A stretch of DNA of 25,591 nucleotides, taken from positions 1 through 25,591 of the forward strand of contig VGZE01000038.1 in the NCBI GenBank assembly GCA_016872755.1. Reading direction: 5' to 3'. Numbering within the stretch: position 1 is the first letter of the stretch; every line of letters begins with the position of its first letter. Origin of the DNA: Planctomycetota bacterium. Lineage in GTDB: Bacteria > Planctomycetota > UBA1135 > GCA-002686595. Below the pieces are notes generated by a model. It made no database searches and had not been told where the DNA came from. It saw only the letters and a program-made list of their open reading frames with translations. Made by a program: the position numbers and the translations under genes. This document shows, piece after piece, positions 8,316 through 16,425 of the stretch.

Positions 8316-8380
8316 TGCTTCGCTCGCCAGCGAAGCACTGCGAGACGGGCCGGATCCCACGCGGGATCCGGCCCGTCTCG
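8316..8380. terminator. Two tandem GC-rich hairpins between convergent genes (HU + strand, aldo-keto reductase - strand); likely bidirectional terminator
   Basis: Hairpin 1: TGCTTCGCT-cgcc-AGCGAAGCA (8316-8337). Hairpin 2: a perfect 18-bp stem CGAGACGGGCCGGATCCC-acgc-GGGATCCGGCCCGTCTCG (8341-8380) followed by CTTTCC. The U-tract is weak, as is usual in high-GC genomes. Confidence 0.5.
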
Positions 8381-8407
8381 CTTTCCGTGCAACGGGCGCG
8401 GCGCGAC

Positions 8408-9400
8408 TCAGTAGCGCGCCGGCGGCTCGGGCTTGTTCGCGACGATCGCCTCGATGCGCGCGAGCACCTCGCCGGACAATTTCGGCAGCGCGTCGAGTGC
8501 CTTCAAATTCTCCGCGAGCTGCTCGCGCTTCGTCGCTCCGAGAATGACCGTGCTGACGCGCGGGTTGAGCGCGCACCATGCGATGGACAGTTGCGCGAGC
8601 GAGCAGCCGAGCTCGCGCGCCAGCACGCCGAGCTCGCGCGCCTTGGCGAGGTTCGCGCGGCCGGCGCTGCTGTCGAGCGCCTCCTCGCGCAGCCACTTGT
8701 ACTCCGGCAGCGCCATGCGCGAACCGGCCGGCACTCCGCCGTCGTACTTGCCGGTCAGCAGACCCGACGCGAGCGGCGACCAGATCGTCGTGCCCAGCCC
8801 GAGCGCGTCGTAGAGCCGCGCGAACTCGCGCTCGACCTTGCGGCGCGCGAACAGGTTGTACTCGGGCTGCTCCATCGTCGGCGGGGCCAGACCCAGGTCG
8901 CGCGCGATCCCGTGGGCCTGCGCGATCTCGTCGGCGCGCCACATGCTCGTGCCCCAGTAGAGGACCTTGCCCTGCGCGACCAGGTCCCCCATCGCGCGCA
9001 CGGTTTCCTCGAGCGGCGTGTCGAGATCGGGCCGGTGGCAGAAGTACAGATCGAGGTACTCGACCTGCAGGCGTTCCAGCGCGTTGTGGCAGCAATCGAC
9101 GACGTGCTTGCGCGACAGTCCCTTCTGGGTCGGCAGCTTGCCGCCCCAGAAGACCTTCGACGACACGCAGTAGCTGTCGCGGCGCCAGCCGAGCGTGCGC
9201 AGCGCGCTGCCCATGATGCGCTCGCTCTCGCCGGCCGCGTAGGCCTCGGCATTGTCGAAGAAATTGACGCCCGCATCGTAGGCCTGCTTCATCAGCTCGG
9301 CGGCGGCGCGCTCGTCGAGTTGCTGCGAGAAGGTGACCCAGGAGCCGAAGGAGAGCAGGGAGAGCTTGAGGCCGCTCTGGCCGAGGCGACGGTACTGCAT
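8408..9400 (-). CDS. Aldo-keto reductase family oxidoreductase (Kv-beta/Tas-like subgroup), 330 aa
   Basis: MQYRRLGQSGLKLSLLSFGSWVTF...GVNFFDNAEAYAAGESERIMG...LDLYFCHRPD...GKVLYWGTSMW...IWSPLASGLLTGKY carries the AKR catalytic tetrad context (D, Y, K, H blocks). It lies 44 nt downstream of the MBOAT-SGNH gene on the same strand. Confidence 0.85.
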   Translation of the reverse strand: MQYRRLGQSGLKLSLLSFGSWVTFSQQLDERAAAELMKQAYDAGVNFFDNAEAYAAGESERIMGSALRTLGWRRDSYCVSSKVFWGGKLPTQKGLSRKHVVDCCHNALERLQVEYLDLYFCHRPDLDTPLEETVRAMGDLVAQGKVLYWGTSMWRADEIAQAHGIARDLGLAPPTMEQPEYNLFARRKVEREFARLYDALGLGTTIWSPLASGLLTGKYDGGVPAGSRMALPEYKWLREEALDSSAGRANLAKARELGVLARELGCSLAQLSIAWCALNPRVSTVILGATKREQLAENLKALDALPKLSGEVLARIEAIVANKPEPPARY

Positions 9401-9444
9401 GAGGGGCGCGCGAAAGAGTGACGGGAGGGCGCAAGAGCGTAACG

Positions 9445-12012
9445 TCAGCGAATCCCGAGCAGCTCGGGCCGCGCCGACAACTCACCGTACAGGCGCGCCG
9501 CGAGCAGTCGATGACCGTTCGCGTTGGCGAGGTGGTACATGTCCGAGATCATGATCTCGGACAGCGCGGGCTCCTGCACACCCTTGCGGATGTCGATGGT
9601 GAGGAAGCCGAGCCGCTCGGCAAGGGAGCGGACCTGGTCGATGCGCATGGTCATGCCGAACTCGACCGTCGCGTCGGCCTCGAACACCGGGACTTCGAGA
9701 TACACGGGGATCGCGCCCATTTCGACGCACGCGCCGTGAAAGCGGCGCAGGGCCCACATCTCGATGTCCTCGAGCACGCCGGCCACCCGGCGACGCACCT
9801 CGCCATCGTCCAGTTCCGGCGTGATGCCGGCCCGCCTGTAGGCGTCCTCGAGCTCGGGCATGAATTCCGGGCGTGTGCGCGCCACGGCGATCAGGTACTT
9901 GATGGTCGACCCGATGTGGTTCGACAGCAGCACGACGTCGGGCTCGTACGCGGCGACCTTGCGTTCGAGCTGGAACATGTGGTGGAACACCGAGTACGCG
10001 GGGACCGAGAAATTCAGGATCTCGTAGCGCAGGCCGTTGACCGAGGACTGCTTCTGGTTCAACTGGAGCTCGACCTGGCGCTCCCAGACCTCCGCGTCGG
10101 AGACCCCCATGCCCATCTCGACGCAAGTGCCGAGCAGCGCGATGCGCCAGGTCCGCGGAGGCTTGCGGAGCTCGTATTCGCGATCGCGCATGCCCGCGCT
10201 ATTGATCGTGTGCTGTTGCCCACCGATCTCGAGCCGCTGCGACGGCGGGAGCTCGAACTCGAGCAGGCCGGGCACGGGGCGCACGATCGCATTGCGCAGG
10301 AACGTCGGCACGTCCTCGGGATCGAACTGCGCGCCCGACCAGGCCCACACCACGCGGCGGTCGCGCTGGATCAGCCGGTCGTAGTACGCGATGCCGTCCG
10401 CATCGGCGTCCTGTCGCGCGCTCGATTCCACGCGCAGCGGAGTCAAGGCCGCCGCGATCGGCGCACCGAGAGCCGCGCTCGCGCGCTCCCAGCCGAGCAG
10501 CAGGAGCAGCGCACAGGCCGCGGCACGCGCCCACGCACCGGCGGATCCGGAGCGCGCCGCGGCGACGGCGCGCGCGAGCTCGGGCCGCAACTGCACCAGC
10601 ACGCCCGCGCCAATGAGCAGCGCGAGCACGCCTGTCAGCACGAACCAGTCCCGCAGCGGGCTCGCGGCGGCCTGCTTCAGCACGCCCGACCACTCGCTCA
10701 GTGATCGGCTCGACCACAGCGACCACAAGAGCGACGTGGTCGCGAACACGCCGAGCACGCGCAGCGCATGGCGCAACGCGGCGCCCAGGCGCGGCGGCGC
10801 CGCCGGCGCGCCCGGCGCCAGCACCGCGGGCCCGGCGGCGCGACGCGCCTCGGCCAGCACGCTCCACAGCGCCAGCAGCGCCGCGACGCCCCAGAACATG
10901 CCGTCCCAGGCCAGCGGCAGCCCGCCCTGCAGGAAGAACCACTGCAGCGCATGCAGCCACCACGTCGCGACGAACACGAGCGCCGTGGACGCCACCAGCG
11001 CGAAGGTCGTCCCCCGCATGCGCAGGCGCATGTAGGCCGGGTAGTAGACGAGCTTCTTCATGAACTCGGTCCAGTAGACGTTCGTGCGCCGCCAGCTGTC
11101 GCTGAAGCTGTGCGCCAGCAGGTACGCGTGGTTCGTCTCGGGGAGCTGGAAGCCGAACAGGTGCAGCATCCCGATCACCAGGTGGAAGTGCCCGGAGATG
11201 CGCAGGTAGAGCAGGTAGCTCGAGCAGACGAACATCAGCACGCCGCCCAGGTCGTGCACGTCGCCGGCGGCCGGGGTCAGGTACGCGTGGACGGCGCGGT
11301 AGGCCAGCAGGTGCAGGATCCCGCGCAGCATCCAGCGCAGCCCGCGCGCGTGGATCTCGCGCGCCGGGGCCGCGTAGTACGTGCGCTGGAAGGTCCGGTA
11401 GTCGACGACCGGAAAGAGCAGGAAGCAGACGTTCGGCAGCAGGAAGAAGTACGCGACGCGCATCCAGATCGACGCGGGCCGCGGCTGCGTGTGCTCGTCG
11501 TACAGGTAGATCGCGCCCCGGAACAGGAACATCGACGCGACCAGCGGTACCACCAGCGACTGCTCCGGCGCGCTGCCTCCGGGAAGGCGCGGCGCCGGGA
11601 TCCAACCGGCGCGCAGCGCGACGAGCAACGCGCCGCATGCGAGCAGGCTCGCGACGCGCCAGCGGATGTGCGCGCGCAGGTTGCACAGCAGGAACAGCAC
11701 TCCACCGAGCACGCCGACCGCCAGTGCATCGACCGGGCCGAGCACGCAGGCGAAGGCCACCGCGCTCAGCGCAACGAAGAACGGCAGCTTCCAGGCACCG
11801 GGCAGCCACGCGTGCACGCAGTAGCCGAGCGCGAGCACCGGCAACACGAGCGGCAGTCCGAGACCGGCCTCCAGTTCCAGCGCCGCGATGGCGCCGCACA
11901 GCATTCCCAGTTGCAGCGCATGCGCGACAAACGCCTTCCAGGCACGGGGTTCTGGTTCCGCATGCACGGGTACCGGCGCTGCATGCGAGGCAAGTGCGAG
12001 CCAACGCCGCAT
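9445..12012 (-). CDS. Fused MBOAT (AlgI/DltB/PatA-like membrane O-acyltransferase) plus C-terminal SGNH (AlgJ/AlgX/PatB/DltD-like) domain protein, 855 aa
   Basis: Start ATG (complement 12010-12012) gives MRRWLALASH. The N-terminal ~470 aa are polytopic and include the MBOAT signature region LPETNHAYLLAHSFSDSWRRTNVYWTEFMKKLVYYPAY (compare AlgI NFNSPY...[21 protein letters not shown]) and a conserved His in ISGHFHLV. The C-terminal ~380 aa have a GDS-like block (IALLGTCVEMGMGVSD) and a DxxH block (SDMYHLANANGHRLLAARLY) of SGNH hydrolases. The upstream 267 codons of the track ORF overlap the methyltransferase gene on the other strand and were trimmed. Confidence 0.75.
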   Translation of the reverse strand: MRRWLALASHAAPVPVHAEPEPRAWKAFVAHALQLGMLCGAIAALELEAGLGLPLVLPVLALGYCVHAWLPGAWKLPFFVALSAVAFACVLGPVDALAVGVLGGVLFLLCNLRAHIRWRVASLLACGALLVALRAGWIPAPRLPGGSAPEQSLVVPLVASMFLFRGAIYLYDEHTQPRPASIWMRVAYFFLLPNVCFLLFPVVDYRTFQRTYYAAPAREIHARGLRWMLRGILHLLAYRAVHAYLTPAAGDVHDLGGVLMFVCSSYLLYLRISGHFHLVIGMLHLFGFQLPETNHAYLLAHSFSDSWRRTNVYWTEFMKKLVYYPAYMRLRMRGTTFALVASTALVFVATWWLHALQWFFLQGGLPLAWDGMFWGVAALLALWSVLAEARRAAGPAVLAPGAPAAPPRLGAALRHALRVLGVFATTSLLWSLWSSRSLSEWSGVLKQAAASPLRDWFVLTGVLALLIGAGVLVQLRPELARAVAAARSGSAGAWARAAACALLLLLGWERASAALGAPIAAALTPLRVESSARQDADADGIAYYDRLIQRDRRVVWAWSGAQFDPEDVPTFLRNAIVRPVPGLLEFELPPSQRLEIGGQQHTINSAGMRDREYELRKPPRTWRIALLGTCVEMGMGVSDAEVWERQVELQLNQKQSSVNGLRYEILNFSVPAYSVFHHMFQLERKVAAYEPDVVLLSNHIGSTIKYLIAVARTRPEFMPELEDAYRRAGITPELDDGEVRRRVAGVLEDIEMWALRRFHGACVEMGAIPVYLEVPVFEADATVEFGMTMRIDQVRSLAERLGFLTIDIRKGVQEPALSEIMISDMYHLANANGHRLLAARLYGELSARPELLGIR

Positions 12013-12045
12013 GCAGGCGAAGATACCATTCCGGATCCTCGCCCC

Positions 12046-12825
12046 ATGGAACACGGCCACTACTCGGCGCTGGCCGGCGCCTATGCGGCGCACCGCGCCG
12101 GCTATGCCGACGCGGTCGCCGGGCGCGTGCTCGCCGCGGCCTGCGCCGCGGCGAACAAACCCGCGCAGGAGCTCGAGGTCGCCGACGTGGGCGCAGGCAC
12201 CGGAATCTGGTCGCGCGTGCTGGCACGCGCAGGCTGCCGGGTCCGCGCGGTCGAGCCGAACGACGCGATGCGCGAGGCCGGCGCTTCGGATCCCGCCAAC
12301 GGCTCGATTCGCTGGCACGGCGGTCGGGCCGAGGCCACCGAGCTCGCGGCCCGTTCCTGCGATCTCGTCACGATGGCATCGGCGTTCCACTGGACCGAGT
12401 TCGAGGCGGCGCTGGCGGAATTCGCGCGCGTGCTGCGCCCGCACGGCGTCTTCGCGGCACTGTGGAACACGCGCATCGTCGACGAGTCGCCGCTGCTCGC
12501 CGAGATCGAGGCGGAACTGCGCCGGCGCGTACCGCACTACGTGCCGCGCTCGTCGGGGCGCTCCGCCTTCTGCGACAGCCTGTCGGAGCGGCTGCGCGCC
12601 TGCGGCCGCTTCGCGCTCGTCGAGACCTGCGAGGGACGCCACGTCGAGGCGCAGAGTCGCGAGCGCTACCTCGGCATCTGGCGCTCGGTCAACGACGTGC
12701 GCGTGCAGGCCGGCGAACAGACCTTCGCCGACTTCCTCGAGTGGCTCGCGTGGCGCCTGCGCGATGTACCGCGGATCGAGGCCCCGTACCTGACGCGCTG
12801 CTGGATCGCGCACCTGTCGACCTAG
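12046..12825 (+). CDS. Class I SAM-dependent methyltransferase (Methyltransf_11/25-like), 259 aa
   Basis: Motif I LEVADVGAGTGIWSRVLA. An acidic residue after beta2 (RVRAVEPNDAM). Post-I DLVTMASAFHW and RVLRPHGVFAA. Divergent from the MBOAT-SGNH gene, with a 33-bp gap. Confidence 0.8.
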   Translation: MEHGHYSALAGAYAAHRAGYADAVAGRVLAAACAAANKPAQELEVADVGAGTGIWSRVLARAGCRVRAVEPNDAMREAGASDPANGSIRWHGGRAEATELAARSCDLVTMASAFHWTEFEAALAEFARVLRPHGVFAALWNTRIVDESPLLAEIEAELRRRVPHYVPRSSGRSAFCDSLSERLRACGRFALVETCEGRHVEAQSRERYLGIWRSVNDVRVQAGEQTFADFLEWLAWRLRDVPRIEAPYLTRCWIAHLST

Positions 12826-12899
12826 TCGGCGCGTGCCGCACGGGGTCTGATAGACTCGCTCGTGCGTCCCCTCGCGCGCTGGTTCGCGCCGGACGAACC

Positions 12900-13469
12900 A
12901 TGGATCCTGCCCACCGGACCGGCGCGCCGACCCAGCAAGGCACCGTGTACTGGCTCACAGGCCTCGCCGGGGTCGGGAAGTCGACGCTGGCCCGGCTGCT
13001 CGCCGCGCGCCTGCGCGCCGCGGGTCGCGCCGTCGTGCTGCTGGACGGCGACGAGCTGCGCGCGCGGCTGTTTCCGGAGGCCGGCTACGCGCGCGAAGAA
13101 CGTCTGATGCTGGCGCGGCGTTACGCCGGCCTGTGCGGCTTGGTGGCAGCGCAGGGTCCGGACGTCGTGTGCGCGACGATCTCGCTGTTTCCGGAGATCT
13201 GGAACGAGAATCGCCGGCTCCTGCCCGCCTATCGCGAGGTGCTGGTGCGCGCGCCGGCCGAGGAGCGCCGCCGGCGCCGGCCCGAGTTGCACGCCGGCAC
13301 GGCCGACTCGCGCGGACCGGTGGTGGGCGCGGAGCTGGCGGCGCCCGAACCGCACGAACCGCACGCCATCCTCGACAATGACGGCCGCCGATCGCCCGAG
13401 CAACTGATCGACGAGCTGTTGGCCGCATTCGCCGCGCGCGGCCCAGCCTGCGGCATGGGGCGGCCGTGA
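12900..13469 (+). CDS. cysC: Adenylyl-sulfate (APS) kinase-like P-loop kinase, 189 aa
   Basis: GTVYWLTGLAGVGKSTLARLL (Walker A in the APS kinase context GxxxWxTGLSGSGKST), followed by LLDGDELR (compare LDGDNVR), ISLFPEIWNENRRL, then YREVLVRAPAEERRRRRP and C-terminal EPHEPHAILDNDGRRSPEQLIDELL. Co-operonic with a sulfotransferase. Confidence 0.8.
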   Translation: MDPAHRTGAPTQQGTVYWLTGLAGVGKSTLARLLAARLRAAGRAVVLLDGDELRARLFPEAGYAREERLMLARRYAGLCGLVAAQGPDVVCATISLFPEIWNENRRLLPAYREVLVRAPAEERRRRRPELHAGTADSRGPVVGAELAAPEPHEPHAILDNDGRRSPEQLIDELLAAFAARGPACGMGRP

Positions 13470-15811
13470 GCCTCGCGCTCGAATTCCCGACCTGGACCAA
13501 GGCCGAGGCGCTCGAGCAGCTGGCGCCGCGGCTCGCCTGCGCGCGCGTGCTGCCGCAGGTTCGCACGGACGTCCGCGGCTGGCGCGCCGATCCCGACGCC
13601 GTGCTGGCGCTCGTCCGCGCGCGCGGCTGGCTCGACCAGCCGCTGATCGTGCGCAGTAGCGCGCGCGGCGAGGATCAGGCCGGTGCCTCGCTCGCGGGCC
13701 GTTTCCCGTCGATTCGCGACTGCCGCGGCGAGGCGGCGCTGCGCTCGGCCATCGAGCAGGTCGCCGCCGCCTTGCCGGCCGACGACGACCAGCTCTTCGT
13801 CCAACCCTGCCTGTGCGATGTGCGCTCCAGCGGCGTCGTGTTCACGCGCGATCCCGGCAGCGGCGGCCACTATGCGATCGTCGCCTACGACCAGCGCTCC
13901 GGACGCACCGACCTGATCACGTCCGGGCGCGCGGTCGAGCCGCGCACGTACCTGCACCACGAGAGCGCTCCGCCCGCGGCCGATCCCGAGCTGGTGCGCG
14001 TGCTCGAGCTGTCGCGCGAGTTGCAGCGCTTGCTCGAGTGCGCGGCGCTGGACATCGAGTATGCGTGTGTCGACGACGGCCTGCCCTACCTGCTGCAGGT
14101 GCGCGCGCTGGCCGCCGCGGCGGGCGCGCCAGCCGAGGCCGACGAAGAGGCCCGCGCGCTGCGCCGCGTGCAGCGGCGCGTCGAAGAACTCGGGGGCCCG
14201 CATCCGTACCTGCTCGGCGGTGCGCCGATCTTCGGCGCGATGCCGGATTGGAATCCGGCCGAGGTGCTGGGCGCGCGCCCGCGCCCGCTCGCGTTGTCCT
14301 TGTACCGCGAGCTGGTCACCGACGGGATCTGGGCCTACCAGCGGCGCAACTACGGCTATCGCGACTTGCGCAGCTTCCCGCTCGTGCATTCCTTTGCCGG
14401 GCTGCCCTACGTCGACGTGCGCGTGAGTTTCCACTCCTTCGTGCCGGCGGACCTCGGTGACGAGCTCGGCGGCCGGCTGGTCGACGAGTACGCGCACCGT
14501 CTGCTGGCCCGGCCGCCCGACCACGACAAGGTCGAGTTCTCGATCGTGGACTCGTGCGCGACGTTGGACCTGGAGCAGCGCCTGGCGCGCCTGCCGGCCG
14601 CGCGCTTCTCCCCCGCCGATCGCGCGCGCATCGCGGATTCGCTGCGCACGCTGACCAATCGCATCACGTCCGGTCCGCAGTGCTTGTTCCGGCTCGACCT
14701 CGACAAGATCGCGGCGCTCGAGCGCCGTCAGCAGGAATTCGCCGGCCGCGCCGCTGGGCTCGATCCGCTGTCGCGCGCGTACTGGCGCCTGGAGGACTGC
14801 AAGCGCTACGGAACGCTGCCCTTCGCCGGCATCGCGCGCGCGGCGTTCATCGCGCTGCAGATCCTCGATTCGCTGGTCGGCACGGGCCTGCTCGAGCGCG
14901 CGGAGCGCGAGCTCGTGCTGCACTCGTCCGACAGCGTGCGCGCCCGGATGGACCGCGACCTCGCGATGCTGCCGCGCGCGCAGTTCCTGGCGCGCTACGG
15001 CCACCTGCGGCCCGGCACCTACGAGGTCACGACGCCGCGCTACGACGAAGCGCCCGATGCGTATTTCGGTGCGCCGGGCGGCGGCGCCGCGCGTGCCGAG
15101 CCGCCGCACCGGCGTTTCGAACTCGACGCGCCGCGCAAGCGCCGCCTCGATGCCGAACTCGCCGCGCAGGGCCTCGCGCACGACGCGCGCTCGCTGTTCG
15201 AGTTCTTCTACGATGCGATCGAGGGGCGTGAGCACGCCAAGTTCGTCTTCACGCGCAGCCTCAGCGACGCGCTGGTCGATCTGGTCGAGGTGGCGCGCAA
15301 CGCCGGCTTCTCGCGCGACGACCTCAGCTACGCTGAATTCGATGCGCTGCGCGGCCTGCATTCGAGCTGCGACGATCCGCGAGCGGTGCTGGAGCGCTCG
15401 ATAGAGGCCGGTCGCGCGCGTCACGCCGTCACGCGCCGCCTGACGCTGCCCGCGCTGATCACCGCTCCGTCCGACGTGCTGGCCTTCCACCTGTCGCCGA
15501 GCGAGCCCAACTACGTCGGGCAGGCGCGCGTGGAGGGCCCGGCGCTCGCCGCAGCCTGTGCCGGGGAGAGCCTGCGCGGCGCCATCGTGCTGCTGCCGAA
15601 CGCCGACCCCGGACACGATTGGATCTTCGCGCACGGCGTGGCCGGCTTCGTCACGCAGTACGGCGGTTACAACTCGCACATGGCGGTGCGCGCCCTCGAA
15701 CTCGGCGTCCCCGCGGTGATCGGCGCCGGCGAGGAGCTGTATCGACGCTGGTCGCTGGCGCGACGGCTGCGCCTGGACTGCTTGAACCGCAAGGTCGAGG
15801 TGCTGGCATGA
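13466..15811 (+). CDS. PEP-utilizing enzyme, PEP synthase / pyruvate-phosphate dikinase-like phosphotransferase, 781 aa
   Basis: GTG start overlaps the cysC stop (GTGA). N-terminal PPDK_N-like nucleotide-binding region (VRSSARGEDQAGASLAGRFPSI compares with SSATAEDLPDASFAGQ). C-terminal phosphohistidine mobile domain (GGYNSHMAVRALELGVPAVIGAGE compares with GGRTSHAAIIARELGIPAVVG). There is no PEP mutase signature. Confidence 0.8.
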   Translation: MSLALEFPTWTKAEALEQLAPRLACARVLPQVRTDVRGWRADPDAVLALVRARGWLDQPLIVRSSARGEDQAGASLAGRFPSIRDCRGEAALRSAIEQVAAALPADDDQLFVQPCLCDVRSSGVVFTRDPGSGGHYAIVAYDQRSGRTDLITSGRAVEPRTYLHHESAPPAADPELVRVLELSRELQRLLECAALDIEYACVDDGLPYLLQVRALAAAAGAPAEADEEARALRRVQRRVEELGGPHPYLLGGAPIFGAMPDWNPAEVLGARPRPLALSLYRELVTDGIWAYQRRNYGYRDLRSFPLVHSFAGLPYVDVRVSFHSFVPADLGDELGGRLVDEYAHRLLARPPDHDKVEFSIVDSCATLDLEQRLARLPAARFSPADRARIADSLRTLTNRITSGPQCLFRLDLDKIAALERRQQEFAGRAAGLDPLSRAYWRLEDCKRYGTLPFAGIARAAFIALQILDSLVGTGLLERAERELVLHSSDSVRARMDRDLAMLPRAQFLARYGHLRPGTYEVTTPRYDEAPDAYFGAPGGGAARAEPPHRRFELDAPRKRRLDAELAAQGLAHDARSLFEFFYDAIEGREHAKFVFTRSLSDALVDLVEVARNAGFSRDDLSYAEFDALRGLHSSCDDPRAVLERSIEAGRARHAVTRRLTLPALITAPSDVLAFHLSPSEPNYVGQARVEGPALAAACAGESLRGAIVLLPNADPGHDWIFAHGVAGFVTQYGGYNSHMAVRALELGVPAVIGAGEELYRRWSLARRLRLDCLNRKVEVLA

Positions 15812-16425
15812 AGACCGTGCTCGTCTCGCAGCGCGTCGAGATCGCTGCTCCGAGCGGCGAGCGCCGCGACGCGCTGGCCCAGGACTGGCACGCTTTCCTG
15901 GCGCGCTGCGGATTGGCGCCGATCCTGGTCCCCAACCACGCGGGCAACGCGCGGGCCCTGCTCGGAGCGCCGCACTGCGGCGTGCTGCTGACCGGCGGCA
16001 ACGACCTCGCCAGCCTGGGCGGCGACGCGCCCGAGCGCGACGAGGTCGAGCGCTTGCTGGTCGAGCACGCACTCGCGGCGCGCCTGCCGGTGCTGGGCGT
16101 GTGCCGAGGAATGCAGTTCCTGGTCGATCGCTGCGGCGGCGCGCTGCAGCCCGTGGACGGTCACGTCACGCAGCAGCAGTGGATCGAAGTGGACGGCCGG
16201 CGCGAGCTGGTCAACAGCTACCATCGCTACGGCTGTCGCGCGGTGCCGCCCGAGCTCGAGGTCTGGGCGCGCGCGGACGACGGAGTGGTCGAGGCGGTGC
16301 GCCACCGCGCGCTGCCGCTGGTCGGGATCATGTGGCACCCCGAGCGCTTCGCGTCGCCGCGCGCAGCGGACGTCGAGCTGTTCCGCCGCGTGTTCGGCGC
16401 GCGCGGTCCGGAGGCGGCCCCATGA
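15808..16425 (+). CDS. Class I glutamine amidotransferase-like protein (peptidase C26 / PuuD gamma-glutamyl hydrolase family), 205 aa
   Basis: ATG overlaps the upstream stop (ATGA). Nucleophile elbow LPVLGVCRGMQFL. His/Glu block GIMWHPE. Size and motifs fit a stand-alone GATase-1/C26 hydrolase. Confidence 0.75.
   Translation: MKTVLVSQRVEIAAPSGERRDALAQDWHAFLARCGLAPILVPNHAGNARALLGAPHCGVLLTGGNDLASLGGDAPERDEVERLLVEHALAARLPVLGVCRGMQFLVDRCGGALQPVDGHVTQQQWIEVDGRRELVNSYHRYGCRAVPPELEVWARADDGVVEAVRHRALPLVGIMWHPERFASPRAADVELFRRVFGARGPEAAP

Noticed and set aside
9418-12825. Long + strand ORFs (9418-10704; 10768-12825 upstream part) and - strand ORFs (10199-12226) overlapping the MBOAT-SGNH gene
   Set aside because: Only the 3' 780 nt of the + frame (methyltransferase) has real domain signatures. 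The rest is Arg-rich shadow translation opposite a convincing polytopic MBOAT protein.
13229-16072. 947-aa - strand ORF
   Set aside because: Antisense to the PEP-utilizing enzyme and GATase genes. Arg/Ala-rich with no motifs, while the + strand carries PPDK_N and PEP-utilizer signatures.
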